A stretch of DNA of 64,000 bases from IMG/VR virus record IMGVR_UViG_3300038809_000036; one strand, written 5' to 3'. Positions 1-9,235 of this stretch are shown here, piece after piece; position 1 is the stretch's first letter, and each line of letters starts with the position of its first letter. This stretch comes from a virus. The notes below the pieces were generated by a model that was not told the DNA's origin, made no database searches, and saw nothing but the letters and a program-made list of their open reading frames with translations. The translations under genes were made by a program, and so were the position numbers.

Positions 1-345
1 GGCGAGCGCCGCGGCGGGCGTCAGAAGGGTACGCCGAACAAGCGGACGGAGGCGCGGGCAGCTTTCCAGGCAGGTCGCCTCGATGTCTCCGGCGCATCTC
101 CCCTCGACATCATCCTGGGCGCGGCCCGGGCGGCTTGGGCGGAGGCCCACCGCACAGATGGCGTGATTGACCTGCGCATGGCCAGGGTCGCTGCCGACAT
201 CGCCAAGGACGCCGCGCCTTACCTGCACTCGAAGCTCATGCCAGCCTCGCAGCCCGGCGGCGACGACGACATGGCGAAGGCCCGGCGCATCAAGGGCATG
301 CTCGACGAGATCGAGGGCGCGATTGACCAGCCCGACACCGAGTAG
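1..345 (+). CDS. terS: Terminase small subunit, 5'-truncated copy (complete copy at 56312-56680)
   Basis: Same sequence as the 3' part of 56312-56680; lies directly before terL. Confidence 0.8.
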   Translation, partial: GERRGGRQKGTPNKRTEARAAFQAGRLDVSGASPLDIILGAARAAWAEAHRTDGVIDLRMARVAADIAKDAAPYLHSKLMPASQPGGDDDMAKARRIKGMLDEIEGAIDQPDTE

Positions 346-1675
346 CGCACTCACCCCGCGCTGGACGCGCCTACGGTTCCACCCGACGCAGCGGGCCTAC
401 TGGACCAGCCCGCACCGCTTCAACACCGTCCCGGCCGGCCGCCGATCCGGTAAGACCGAGCAGGCCAAACGCAAGCTGATCAAGGCGGCGCTCCGCGGCA
501 CGGCGTTCGAGCGGCCCCGATTCTTCGCTGGAGCACCGACCCGGGACCAGGCGAAGCGGATCTACTGGGACGACCTGAAGGCGATGATCCCGGCCGAGCT
601 GCTGCTGGGGCGCCCATCCGAGACCGACCTGTCGATCCGGCTGGTGAACGGGTCCGAGCTCGTGGTCGTCGGCCTCGACAAGCCGGAGCGCATCGAGGGC
701 CAGCCCTGGGACGGCGGCGTGCTCGACGAGTTCGCGAACATGAAGGCCCATGCCTGGGCGGCGAACGTCCGCCCGGCGCTCTCGGATCGGCAAGGGTGGT
801 GCGACCTGATCGGCGTGCCCGAAGGCCGGAACCACTACTACGACCTCGACCGCATGGCGCGGGCCGAGATGCAGGCGAAGGGTGCCGGCTCCGAGTGGGG
901 CGCCTTCACCTGGACCTCCGCCGAGATCCTGCCCGCGGAGGAGATCGCCTCCGCCCGCCGCGACCTCGACGAGCTGACGTTCCAGCAGGAATACGAGGCC
1001 TCCTTCGTCAACTTCGAGGGTCGGGCCTACTACCCGTTCACCGAGGCGGTGCATTGCCAGCGCCTCACCTACGACCCGGCCCGGCCGCTCGCCCTGTGCT
1101 TCGACTTCAACGTCGATCCGGGCGTCGCGGTCATCGCGCAGGAGCAGCGCCTACCGAACGGCCAGGACGGCACCGGCATCATCGGTGAGGTCCACATCCC
1201 GCGGAACTCGAACACCCCCGCGGTATGCCGTCGGATCATCCAGGACTGGGGCCGGCACGCGGGCCGCGTGGTGTGCTTCGGCGATGCGTCGGGCGGCGCC
1301 CGGGGCTCGGCCAAGGTGGCGGGCTCGGACTGGGACCTGATCCGGCGCGAGCTCGGCGGCACGTTCGGCCAGCGGCTCTTCTTCGAGGTGCCAGCGGCGA
1401 ACCCCGCGGTGCGCGCCCGGGTCAACGCGGTGAACACCCGGCTGAAGGCCGGCGACGGCACGGTCCGCATGATGGTCGACCCCGCCCGGGCGCCGAACGT
1501 CGTGAAAGACCTCGAAGGCGTCCGGCTGCTGGCCGGTGGCTCTGGTGAGATCGACAAACGGGCCGACCCGGCGCTGTCGCATATAAGTGACGGCCTAGGC
1601 TATTTCATAGCGAGAGTTTTTCCGATTGCAGAGACCGGCAAGGTAGCTACCGGGACGACTGTCGGAATGTATTGA
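323..1675 (+). CDS. terL: Terminase large subunit
   Basis: Walker A (AGRRSGKT), Walker B (GGVLDE), C-terminal nuclease (FDFN...D, HISDGLGY). Probable TTG start at 323 after GAGG, overlapping the end of terS; the ORF-track start at 167 looks spurious. Confidence 0.93.
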   Translation: MTSPTPSSALTPRWTRLRFHPTQRAYWTSPHRFNTVPAGRRSGKTEQAKRKLIKAALRGTAFERPRFFAGAPTRDQAKRIYWDDLKAMIPAELLLGRPSETDLSIRLVNGSELVVVGLDKPERIEGQPWDGGVLDEFANMKAHAWAANVRPALSDRQGWCDLIGVPEGRNHYYDLDRMARAEMQAKGAGSEWGAFTWTSAEILPAEEIASARRDLDELTFQQEYEASFVNFEGRAYYPFTEAVHCQRLTYDPARPLALCFDFNVDPGVAVIAQEQRLPNGQDGTGIIGEVHIPRNSNTPAVCRRIIQDWGRHAGRVVCFGDASGGARGSAKVAGSDWDLIRRELGGTFGQRLFFEVPAANPAVRARVNAVNTRLKAGDGTVRMMVDPARAPNVVKDLEGVRLLAGGSGEIDKRADPALSHISDGLGYFIARVFPIAETGKVATGTTVGMY

Positions 1676-1742
1676 TGTTGTAGCCTATCGCATCTGGCTA
1701 TTGGATATGGTATGCTTCTCTCGATTAGGCGAGAGAATTGCC

Positions 1743-2372
1743 GTGACTGACCCGATTGCTATCAGCGAGACTGCCCAAGACTATGAAGGAGAGCGGTTTT
1801 ATCGCCACGACGGCCCAAAGCGTTATTTCCGTCGGCCGCAGCGGTCTGGTGAAACGTACCTTCACCGCGTTGTGTGGTCCCGGCATAACGGCGCCATTCC
1901 GACAGGTGGTCACGTCCACCACAAGGACGGCGATCGCGGCAACAATGGCATCGGCAATCTCGAACTGCTGACGCCGAGGCAGCACGTTCAGCACCATCGC
2001 GATCAGGACCCCGAAAGGTGGAAGGCTGATCGGGCGCGCGGACTGGAAGCCGCACGAGAACGCGCAAAAGAATGGCACGCTAGCCCTGAGGGCCGAGCAT
2101 GGCACCGCGCGCATAGGGCAACGCATGCCAGTGCGGTTGAGGCCAGAACCATTGCCTGCACCTGCGAGGCATGCGGAACGGCTTTCATGGCCACGAGAAA
2201 AGCTCAGTTCTGCTGCCGAGCATGCAAAGCCGAAGGACGGCGCCGATCGGGCGTGGATGACGAGACCCGCACGTGCGCTCACTGCGCCGAGCCGTTCAAG
2301 GTGAACCGCTATGTCGCCAAACGATTCTGCTCTCGCTCATGCTCGTCGCGTTCTAGGTCTGTGACGGCCTGA
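1743..2372 (+). CDS. Free-standing HNH endonuclease with C-terminal Cys-rich zinc fingers
   Basis: HVHHKDGDRGNNGIGNLELL motif; CxxC clusters; lower GC than neighbours; likely GTG start at 1743. Confidence 0.85.
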   Translation: MTDPIAISETAQDYEGERFYRHDGPKRYFRRPQRSGETYLHRVVWSRHNGAIPTGGHVHHKDGDRGNNGIGNLELLTPRQHVQHHRDQDPERWKADRARGLEAARERAKEWHASPEGRAWHRAHRATHASAVEARTIACTCEACGTAFMATRKAQFCCRACKAEGRRRSGVDDETRTCAHCAEPFKVNRYVAKRFCSRSCSSRSRSVTA

Positions 2373-4021
2373 TGCCGCTCTCGTCGAAGCATCCGAAATA
2401 CGCGGAGGCCGCGCCCGACTGGAAGGTGGTTCGCGACACCCACGCCGGTGAGCGCCGGGTGAAGGAGCTCGGCACCGAGTACCTGCCGGCGACTTCCGGC
2501 ATGATCGCGGCCGGGTTCATGAGCGGCGTCAGCAGCCATGCCCTGATCGGCCGGCAGCGCGAGGATGGCCAGGTAGAGGCCCGCGTCGGCGGCTCATACC
2601 TCAACGAGGGCCAGGCCCAGTACGACGCCTACCGCTGCCGGGCGGTGTTCCACCCGCTGGTCGCCGCCTCCGCCGAGGCGCTGATCGGCATCATGCATCG
2701 CAAGCCGCCGACGATCGAGCTGCCCAAAAAGCTGGAATCGCTGCGGGAGGACTGCACCCAGGACCGCGAGGGCCTGGCGACGCTGCTGCGGCGCATCAAC
2801 GAGGAGCAGCTGCAAACCGGACGGCTCGGCCTGCTGCTCGACGTGCGCGGCGATCTCGGGCCAGGGGCGCTGCCCTACCTCTCGACCTACACCGCCGAGA
2901 GCATCCTGAACTGGGGCGTGGACCGGGTCACCTCGCCCGGTAAGCTCCTGTTCGCGGTGCTCGACGAGAGCGGCGACCAGCTGCAGGACGATCTGAGCTA
3001 CGCGCACCAGCGGCGCTACCTTGTGCTGGGCGACGCCGCCACGGAGTTCGTGAGGCGGGCCGCCGGCGCGGACGCCGAGATGCCGGCCGAGGGCTACGTC
3101 GCTGCTGCGGTGACCGACACGGACGAGGCTGCGGCTCTGCCGTTCAAGGCGCCGCAGATCGCCGGCCAGGGTCTCCCCGAGATCCCGTTCGTGACGATCG
3201 GCGCCAAGGACCTGCAATGGGATCCGGACGCGCCGCCGCTGCTGCGGGTCGCCTCCATGGCGCTGGCGATCTACCGAGGCGAGGCCGACTACAGGCACGC
3301 GCTGTTCATGCAGGGGCAGGAGACGCTGGTCGTCATCGGCGCCAAGAGCGGGAGCGCCTACGCGGAGCCGGGCGAGGCCGTGAAGGGCCAGCCGCTACAG
3401 CTCGGTGCCAACGGCCGTATCGACCTCGAGGTGGACGGCGACGCCAAGTTCATCGGCGTCTCGTCCACGGGCCTCTCGGCCATGCGGGATGCGATCCGGG
3501 ACGACAAGACCGCAGCCGCGGAGATGGGTGCCCAGATCATCGGCGACCGGTCCGGCGGCGCGGAATCGGGCGACGCCCTGGAGATCCGCGTCGCGGCCCG
3601 GACCGCCACTCTGTCGAGCGTCGCGCTCGCCGGCGCGCAGGGTCTTGAGCGCATCCTGAAGATGGCCGCCACCTGGGTCGGGGCGGACCCGGACGAGGTG
3701 AAGGTCACCCCGAACCTCGACTTCGCCGGAACGCCGATCACCGGCTCCGACATCCTGCAGATCACCCAGGCCAAGAGCATGGGCCTGCCGCTCTCCTGGG
3801 AGAGCATCCACGACTGGCTGGCCCGGAAGGGCTTCACCTCCAAGACCTACGAGGAGGAGGAGGACCAGATCGAGGGCGAGGGGCCAGCCCTCTCCGGTTC
3901 GGGAGAGGGTGGCAGCAGCCTCGACGACGGCGACGACGAAGCCACGGACGACGACGCGGCCGCGGTCACGGATGACGACCTGAAGGGCCTGTTCGCGCCC
4001 GAGACTCTGGCCCAGGCCTGA
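2372..4021 (+). CDS. Portal protein (DUF4055-like)
   Basis: 549 aa downstream of terL; N-terminal HPxY...W motif, acidic tail, typical position. Confidence 0.85.
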   Translation: MPLSSKHPKYAEAAPDWKVVRDTHAGERRVKELGTEYLPATSGMIAAGFMSGVSSHALIGRQREDGQVEARVGGSYLNEGQAQYDAYRCRAVFHPLVAASAEALIGIMHRKPPTIELPKKLESLREDCTQDREGLATLLRRINEEQLQTGRLGLLLDVRGDLGPGALPYLSTYTAESILNWGVDRVTSPGKLLFAVLDESGDQLQDDLSYAHQRRYLVLGDAATEFVRRAAGADAEMPAEGYVAAAVTDTDEAAALPFKAPQIAGQGLPEIPFVTIGAKDLQWDPDAPPLLRVASMALAIYRGEADYRHALFMQGQETLVVIGAKSGSAYAEPGEAVKGQPLQLGANGRIDLEVDGDAKFIGVSSTGLSAMRDAIRDDKTAAAEMGAQIIGDRSGGAESGDALEIRVAARTATLSSVALAGAQGLERILKMAATWVGADPDEVKVTPNLDFAGTPITGSDILQITQAKSMGLPLSWESIHDWLARKGFTSKTYEEEEDQIEGEGPALSGSGEGGSSLDDGDDEATDDDAAAVTDDDLKGLFAPETLAQA

Positions 4022-5286
4022 TGCCCGCCGCCCGGAAATCGGGCCCGAGCAACCCGGGCTTCGACGCCAAGCATCCCCGCGCGGCCGGCGGCCGGTTCGG
4101 CAGCAAGGGCGGGACCGAGAAGCCGGGCCGCAAGCTGATCGGCGAGGAGCGGCTCAAGACCTCTGGCGTGACGGTTGACGACGCGATCGAGGTCCTGTCC
4201 AGCCGGGTCCGCGCCTACCAAGGCGCCAAGACGGTTCGGGACTTCGTCGAGGACCACCCCAAGGGTCGCGCCTACGCGCTGCGCAAGCTGGCGGCAGACC
4301 ACAAGGCCGGGCGGATCGGGTTCAAGGGCGCCGCACAGGCGCCGAAGCAGGCTGCGGGCTCCGGGGCGGCCATCGACCCGAAGCTGTCCGACGGCTCGTT
4401 CCGGGCCAACACCGAGCGGGTCACCGAGGGGCTGAAGGGCGACGACTTCCTGATCTCGCTCAACGGCAGCAAGCGCTACCTGATGGGCATCACGGTCGAT
4501 CAGGCCGCAGCGAACCACCCGAAGGGCCGCGCGGCCGGACTCAAGCAGATCGCCGCCGACCTGAAGGCCGGGCGGCTGCAGGCGGAGCGGACCAAGGGGG
4601 CGAAGGCCAAGGCGCCAGCCAGGAACGCGGATATCGAGCCCGGCGAGGGTATGCGCCCCTCCATGCTGCCGGGTGAGGAATCGTTCTCGTGGGGCTCGGG
4701 CACGACCCGCACGTTCCGCGACCAGGTTCGGAAGGGTTACGACGCGGTCCCGGCCAAGATCCGGACCATGCTCCGTGAGAAGGGTGTGACGATCAGCGGG
4801 CCGAAGAGCGCGTCGCAGTTCGACAGCAGTTTCGCCGGTAGCGACGCCCGAGGCCACACCGCTGGCTCGACGCTGGAGCACGCCCCGGGATTTTACCGGC
4901 CGACCTTCAAGCAGGTGGTCGTCAGCGAGCAGCACCTCGACGTGTACGCGCCGGGCAAGGGGTATCGGAAGGCCGACGATCCTGCCGGCATCATCCGGCA
5001 CGAGATCGGGCACGCCGTCGATTGGAGCCAGGGGCGGCTGAGCAACAAGCCCGAGTTCGCCAAGGCCTTCAATGAAGACCTTCGCGCGTTCGAGCGGGGC
5101 GGTGGCAAGCGTACCGATCCGCGGTATGCCTACTACCTGCAGCGGGATGATGCCGGGCCGTCCGAGATGTTCGCGGAGCAGTTCAACCAGCACCTGGGCG
5201 GTTCGGGCGACCCCGGCAGCGACCTGCGGGCGACGTTCCCCAGGACGGCCGGCTACATCGCGGATCTCGTGAAGAGGCTGTCGTGA
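4021..5286 (+). CDS. Head-module protein with C-terminal zinc metallopeptidase domain (anthrax-LF/gluzincin-like)
   Basis: IIRHEIGHAVD (HExxH) plus downstream SEMFAEQF; N-terminal HPRAAGGRF motif. Confidence 0.7.
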   Translation: MPAARKSGPSNPGFDAKHPRAAGGRFGSKGGTEKPGRKLIGEERLKTSGVTVDDAIEVLSSRVRAYQGAKTVRDFVEDHPKGRAYALRKLAADHKAGRIGFKGAAQAPKQAAGSGAAIDPKLSDGSFRANTERVTEGLKGDDFLISLNGSKRYLMGITVDQAAANHPKGRAAGLKQIAADLKAGRLQAERTKGAKAKAPARNADIEPGEGMRPSMLPGEESFSWGSGTTRTFRDQVRKGYDAVPAKIRTMLREKGVTISGPKSASQFDSSFAGSDARGHTAGSTLEHAPGFYRPTFKQVVVSEQHLDVYAPGKGYRKADDPAGIIRHEIGHAVDWSQGRLSNKPEFAKAFNEDLRAFERGGGKRTDPRYAYYLQRDDAGPSEMFAEQFNQHLGGSGDPGSDLRATFPRTAGYIADLVKRLS

Positions 5287-5510
5287 AGCAGCGGTGGTTC
5301 TTCCAGATCGTCGACGGCGCCGTGCTCATGCGGGCCCGGGTCGAGGTAGACGGCGCGATTGCGGACGCTCAGTCCCGCATCGAGCCGGGCGATGACAGCG
5401 GAATCAAGGGCCTGACCTATGAAGCCCTGGCCGAGGCCGGCGGCGGGGTCCTTGAGATCGACGATGACGGCTCCTTCACGATCACGTCGGCGGACGACGA
5501 GCAGGACTGA
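5283..5510 (+). CDS. Small acidic hypothetical protein (candidate peptidase inhibitor)
   Basis: 75 aa; GTGA overlap with the peptidase stop; D/E-rich. Confidence 0.6.
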   Translation: MKQRWFFQIVDGAVLMRARVEVDGAIADAQSRIEPGDDSGIKGLTYEALAEAGGGVLEIDDDGSFTITSADDEQD

Positions 5511-5518
5511 ACCACGGC

Positions 5519-6610
5519 ATGCCGGCGACGCTCAACGAGACGCTGCTCGACGCCCAGGTCTCGCACCTGATCGGCCTTCAGCGCCTCGGCTCGGGCATCC
5601 TGCGTAAGATCCTGGCCCTGTTGAACCGCACGGACAGCGACATCGCCGACACGATCCGCGAGCGCCTCGCCGACGTCGAGCCCGGGACGATCGAGACCAC
5701 CTTCACCACCGAGCGGCTGAACCTGCTGCTCGACGCCATCCGAGCCATCGGCGACAGGGTGGGTGACGAGATCCAGGCCCGGCTGCTGAAGGAAGCGCTC
5801 GGCCTGGCCGAATACGAGGCCGAGTTTCAGGTCAGCACGATCACCGAGCACCTGCCGGTGCGCTTCGACGTGGTGCAGCCCACCATCGAGCAGCTGCAGG
5901 CCGTGGTGACCAAGCGACCGTTCCAGGGTCGGCTGCTGCGGGAATGGGCCAAGGGCCTCGGCAGCGACCGCAGCCGCCGCGTCCATGATGCCATCCGGAT
6001 CGGGATGGTGGAGGGCGAGACCACCGACCAGATCGTCCAGCGCGTGCGTGGGCGCCGGTCAATGGACTACAAGGACGGGGTGCTCGAAATCAGCCGCCGG
6101 GACGCCGAGGCGGTCGTCCGGACGGCGGTGACCCACATCGCCAGCGGCGCCCAGCAGGCGACCTACGCGGCGAACGCCGACCTGGTGAAATCCTGGCGCT
6201 TCGTGGCGACGCTGGACATGCGCACAACAGTTTCGTGTGCATCCCTTGACGGCAAGGTCTTCCCGGTGGGCAAGGGGCCGATGCCTCCCCGGCATTTCCG
6301 GTGCCGCAGTTCCTCGGTTCCCGTCACCGCATCGTTCCGAGACCTCGGCATCGACCTCGACGAGGTCCCCGAGGGCATGCGGGCATCCATGGATGGGGCG
6401 GTCCCGGCGAGCCTGACCTACGGCGACTGGCTGAAGAAGCAGCCGGCCTCCGTGCAGGACGACATCCTCGGCTCGACACGCGGCAAGCTGTTTCGGGCGG
6501 GCGACCTGCCCATTGACCGATTTACCGACCGGGCCGGCGCCGAGTACACGCTGGACCAGCTGCGGCGGCGCGAGGCGGGGGCTTTCAGGAAGGCGGGGTT
6601 GGCGGCATGA
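5519..6610 (+). CDS. Head morphogenesis protein (MuF / SPP1 gp7 family)
   Basis: ATLDMRTTVSCASLDG...PPRHFRCRS motif. Confidence 0.9.
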   Translation: MPATLNETLLDAQVSHLIGLQRLGSGILRKILALLNRTDSDIADTIRERLADVEPGTIETTFTTERLNLLLDAIRAIGDRVGDEIQARLLKEALGLAEYEAEFQVSTITEHLPVRFDVVQPTIEQLQAVVTKRPFQGRLLREWAKGLGSDRSRRVHDAIRIGMVEGETTDQIVQRVRGRRSMDYKDGVLEISRRDAEAVVRTAVTHIASGAQQATYAANADLVKSWRFVATLDMRTTVSCASLDGKVFPVGKGPMPPRHFRCRSSSVPVTASFRDLGIDLDEVPEGMRASMDGAVPASLTYGDWLKKQPASVQDDILGSTRGKLFRAGDLPIDRFTDRAGAEYTLDQLRRREAGAFRKAGLAA

Positions 6611-6888
6611 AGGGAATGAGCATGGGCGTGAAATCCACCGCTGCAGGTCGCAAACCTCCCGCTAGAGACGACTTCAACGCCGCTGATGCTAGGTTCATGC
6701 AAGACATGCTGGCTCATCACGAAATGGCAATCGCCATGTCAGAAAATATTATTAAAGACGGCAAGAATTCGAGCGTTTTAAAGCTTGCAAGGTCGATCAA
6801 GTCAGCGCAGTTGGATGAGATTTTGTTGATGCGTAAGTGGCTTTATAGCCGGGATCTTCCGGAAGATTCTTCGAAGGTGAAAATGTGA
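6607..6888 (+). CDS. DUF305 ferritin-like protein (moron)
   Basis: DARFMQDMLAHHEMAIAMS...LARSIKSAQLDEI..MRKWL pattern; markedly AT-rich. Confidence 0.75.
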   Translation: MKGMSMGVKSTAAGRKPPARDDFNAADARFMQDMLAHHEMAIAMSENIIKDGKNSSVLKLARSIKSAQLDEILLMRKWLYSRDLPEDSSKVKM

Positions 6889-6940
6889 GCGCTAAGCAAG
6901 GCCCTACGTATGAAACCTTTAAAAAGGTTGGAGGCACGCA

Positions 6941-7045
6941 ATGAAGACTATGAGTATGGGTGGCAAGCCGAAGCTGACAAAGAACCCAGGTGGCGGGCAG
7001 AGGAAGACAAAATCTGCAAAGGGTGCGACGAAGGGCAAGAAGTAG
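6941..7045 (+). CDS. 34-aa Lys/Gly-rich peptide MKTMSMGGKPKLTKNPGGGQRKTKSAKGATKGKK (not in ORF track)
   Basis: GGAGG RBS at 6930-6934, ATG 6941, TAG 7043-7045. Confidence 0.55.
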   Translation: MKTMSMGGKPKLTKNPGGGQRKTKSAKGATKGKK

Positions 7046-7061
7046 GCTACGCTCCTCGCTG

Positions 7062-7289
7062 ATGGCCGACACCCGTCGCACTGAGAAGCCCGAACGCCCG
7101 ATCCCGCACATCCAATGGACATGCGGGACGTGCGAGCGTGAGGCTGGTGTGGCGAGCAATGCCACGACCCGGATCCGCAAGGGCGGCTACGTCAACCTGA
7201 AGACCGGCAAGCTTACGGGCGGCACGTTCTACGAGGTCTGCGCCATGTGCTTGGCGCGCGGGCGGACGACGATCGTCTGCCGGGCCTGA
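7062..7289 (+). CDS. Small zinc-ribbon protein
   Basis: CGTC...CAMC pairs; ATG 7062. Confidence 0.55.
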   Translation: MADTRRTEKPERPIPHIQWTCGTCEREAGVASNATTRIRKGGYVNLKTGKLTGGTFYEVCAMCLARGRTTIVCRA

Positions 7290-7330
7290 ACACCGAAATC
7301 TGAGATCCGCGCCCCGAGCGTGGTCACCCG

Positions 7331-7375
7331 CCGGCAGCCATGGCGCTGACCGGCCTCTCCCGCCATGGGGCGGGA
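7331..7375 (+). promoter_or_regulatory. Two ATGG-loop hairpins in the leader of the 7391 gene
   Basis: CCGGCAGCC-ATGG-CGCTGACCGG (imperfect) and TCCCGCC-ATGG-GGCGGGA (perfect 7 bp). Confidence 0.7.
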
Positions 7376-7390
7376 CGACGGAGCCCCACC

Positions 7391-7831
7391 ATGTCGAACC
7401 TGACCGACTTCGCACGGAGTGAACTCGCGCGCCTGCGCACGCCCAGCGACGAGCCCGACAAGATGCAGGACGCCATCGAGGCGAACGTGCTCAAGATCGT
7501 GGAGGTGTTCGCCGAGGCGGGCCACAGCGGCTCGTCCGCGCCCTACACCCTTGGCATCCTCGAAAAGGTGCTGCGCTTCGAGCCCCTGACGCCGCTCACC
7601 GGCGAAGACGATGAGTGGTTCGTCCATGATCACGACGACGAGTGCTACGCGCAGAACAAGCGCTGCGGCCGCGTCTTCAAGCGGCGGAACGGTACCGCTT
7701 ACGACATTGAGGCGGCCGTTTTCCGCGATCCCGATGGCTCGTGCTGGACCGGCAAGGAGAGCCGCCGCGACGTGACGTTCCCCTACGTGCCGAAGACCGA
7801 GATTGTCGACCGGCCAGCCACCGTCGCCTGA
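7391..7831 (+). CDS. Hypothetical phage protein
   Basis: GGAG RBS, ATG 7391, phage-typical codon usage. Confidence 0.7.
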   Translation: MSNLTDFARSELARLRTPSDEPDKMQDAIEANVLKIVEVFAEAGHSGSSAPYTLGILEKVLRFEPLTPLTGEDDEWFVHDHDDECYAQNKRCGRVFKRRNGTAYDIEAAVFRDPDGSCWTGKESRRDVTFPYVPKTEIVDRPATVA

Positions 7832-7852
7832 CCCCACCTCTTCTCGACTTTT

Positions 7853-7896
7853 CCGGCCGCGATGGCGCGCGCCGGGCCCTGCGTCATGGGACGCAG
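7853..7896 (+). promoter_or_regulatory. Two ATGG-loop hairpins in the scaffold leader
   Basis: CCGGCCGCG-ATGG-CGCGCGCCGG and CTGCGTC-ATGG-GACGCAG. Confidence 0.75.
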
Positions 7897-7914
7897 CCAT
7901 AGGAGCCCACCACC

Positions 7915-8739
7915 ATGAAGCTCAAAAAGGTCTACGACACCGAAGCCGACATTCCCGCCGACGTCCTCTCGTTCTACGAGGAGCGCGACGGCAAGTGGCA
8001 TCTCACCTTGGAGATCGAGGGTAGCGCCAACCAAGACGACGTGACCCGGCTGAACGGCGCTCTCACGAAGGAGCGCAACGACCACAAGGCGACCAAGGAC
8101 AAGCTGCGCGCGTTCGATGGCCTCGACCCGCAGGAAACCCGCGATCGCCTCGACAAGCTGACCGACATCGAGGCCAACCCGGACGCGACGGTCGAGCAGC
8201 GCGTGACCAGCGAAGTCGAGCGGCGCCTGAAAGCCAAGACCGCGCCACTGGAACGGCAGATCGCCCAGGCCAACGAGGCGAAGGCCGCCGCAGAACGCGA
8301 GCGTGACGAGACCCGCGGCACCCTGCGCGGCCGCACCATTTCCGACGAGGTCCGCGCCGCGGCCTCGAAGGCCAAGATCATCGATTCCGCCGTCGACGAC
8401 GTGCTGATGTACGGCACCAGCGTGTTCGAGGTCGGCGAGGACGGCCAGGTCGTCACCAAGGACGGCGTCGGCGTCACCCCGGGCCTGAAGCCCGAAGCGT
8501 GGCTCTCCGACATGAAGGAGCGCCGCCCGCACTGGTGGCCCGCCTCGCAGGGCGCCGGCTCGCTCGGCGGCCGCGGCGGTTCGGCCGGCGGCGACAACCC
8601 GTTCACGGCCGAGGCCTGGAACGTCACCGAGCAGGGCAAGATCGCCGCGGCCGACCTGGCGAAGGCCGAGCGTCTCGCGAAGCTCGCCGGCACCACGCTC
8701 GGCGGCGCCAAGCCGGCCCCGCGCAACCGCGCGGCCTGA
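7915..8739 (+). CDS. Capsid scaffolding protein
   Basis: Charged coiled coil, HWWPASQGAGS/NPF C-terminal motifs, upstream of the capsid gene. Confidence 0.8.
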   Translation: MKLKKVYDTEADIPADVLSFYEERDGKWHLTLEIEGSANQDDVTRLNGALTKERNDHKATKDKLRAFDGLDPQETRDRLDKLTDIEANPDATVEQRVTSEVERRLKAKTAPLERQIAQANEAKAAAERERDETRGTLRGRTISDEVRAAASKAKIIDSAVDDVLMYGTSVFEVGEDGQVVTKDGVGVTPGLKPEAWLSDMKERRPHWWPASQGAGSLGGRGGSAGGDNPFTAEAWNVTEQGKIAAADLAKAERLAKLAGTTLGGAKPAPRNRAA

Positions 8740-8750
8740 AGGAGGTCGCT

Positions 8751-9227
8751 ATGGCTGAGAAGACCACGCCGACCAACGAGCAGGCGGTCTCCGACAAGGT
8801 GGATCCGCCGCGGCTGCGCGGCCGCCTGCCGATCCTCTGCCTCGACTTCGACGGTGTCCTTCACGGATATCAGAGCGGCTGGCAGGGGGCGGCGATCATC
8901 CCCGATCCGCCGGTGCCGGGCGCAGTTGAGTTCCTCCACGCCGCCGTCGAGCGGTTCCGCGTGGTGATCTACAGCAGCCGGTCAGGTCAGCCCGGCGGTA
9001 TCGATGCCATGCGCGGCTGGCTGCACATGCAGGTTCGCGCGGTGATCGAGGATCGCGGTGAGGCCGAGCATGTGCTCGGGCGCCTTGAGTTCGCGACCGA
9101 GAAGCCCGCGGCCTTCGTCACTATCGACGACCGCGCCATCACGTTCACGGGCACGTGGCCGAGCCTCGACGAGGTCGCCGCTTTCCAGCCCTGGAACAAA
9201 AAGCCGCCGATCGCTGGCGCGGCCTGA
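8751..9227 (+). CDS. HAD-superfamily phosphatase/nucleotidase-like protein
   Basis: ILCLDFDGVLH (DxD motif I), SSR (motif II), IDDR (motif IV); GGAGG RBS. Confidence 0.75.
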   Translation: MAEKTTPTNEQAVSDKVDPPRLRGRLPILCLDFDGVLHGYQSGWQGAAIIPDPPVPGAVEFLHAAVERFRVVIYSSRSGQPGGIDAMRGWLHMQVRAVIEDRGEAEHVLGRLEFATEKPAAFVTIDDRAITFTGTWPSLDEVAAFQPWNKKPPIAGAA

Positions 9228-9235
9228 CCCTTTCC

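Noticed and set aside
167-322. N-terminal 52 codons of the 502-aa terL ORF
   Set aside because: Overlaps terS in another frame and reads as low-complexity; TTG at 323 with a GAGG RBS is the more plausible start.
3847-5193. 448-aa minus-strand ORF and similar long antisense ORFs (8982-10268, 16136-17803, 23309-24532, 27097-28518, 44943-46220)
   Set aside because: Shadow ORFs expected opposite genes in high-GC DNA; no motifs or RBS support.
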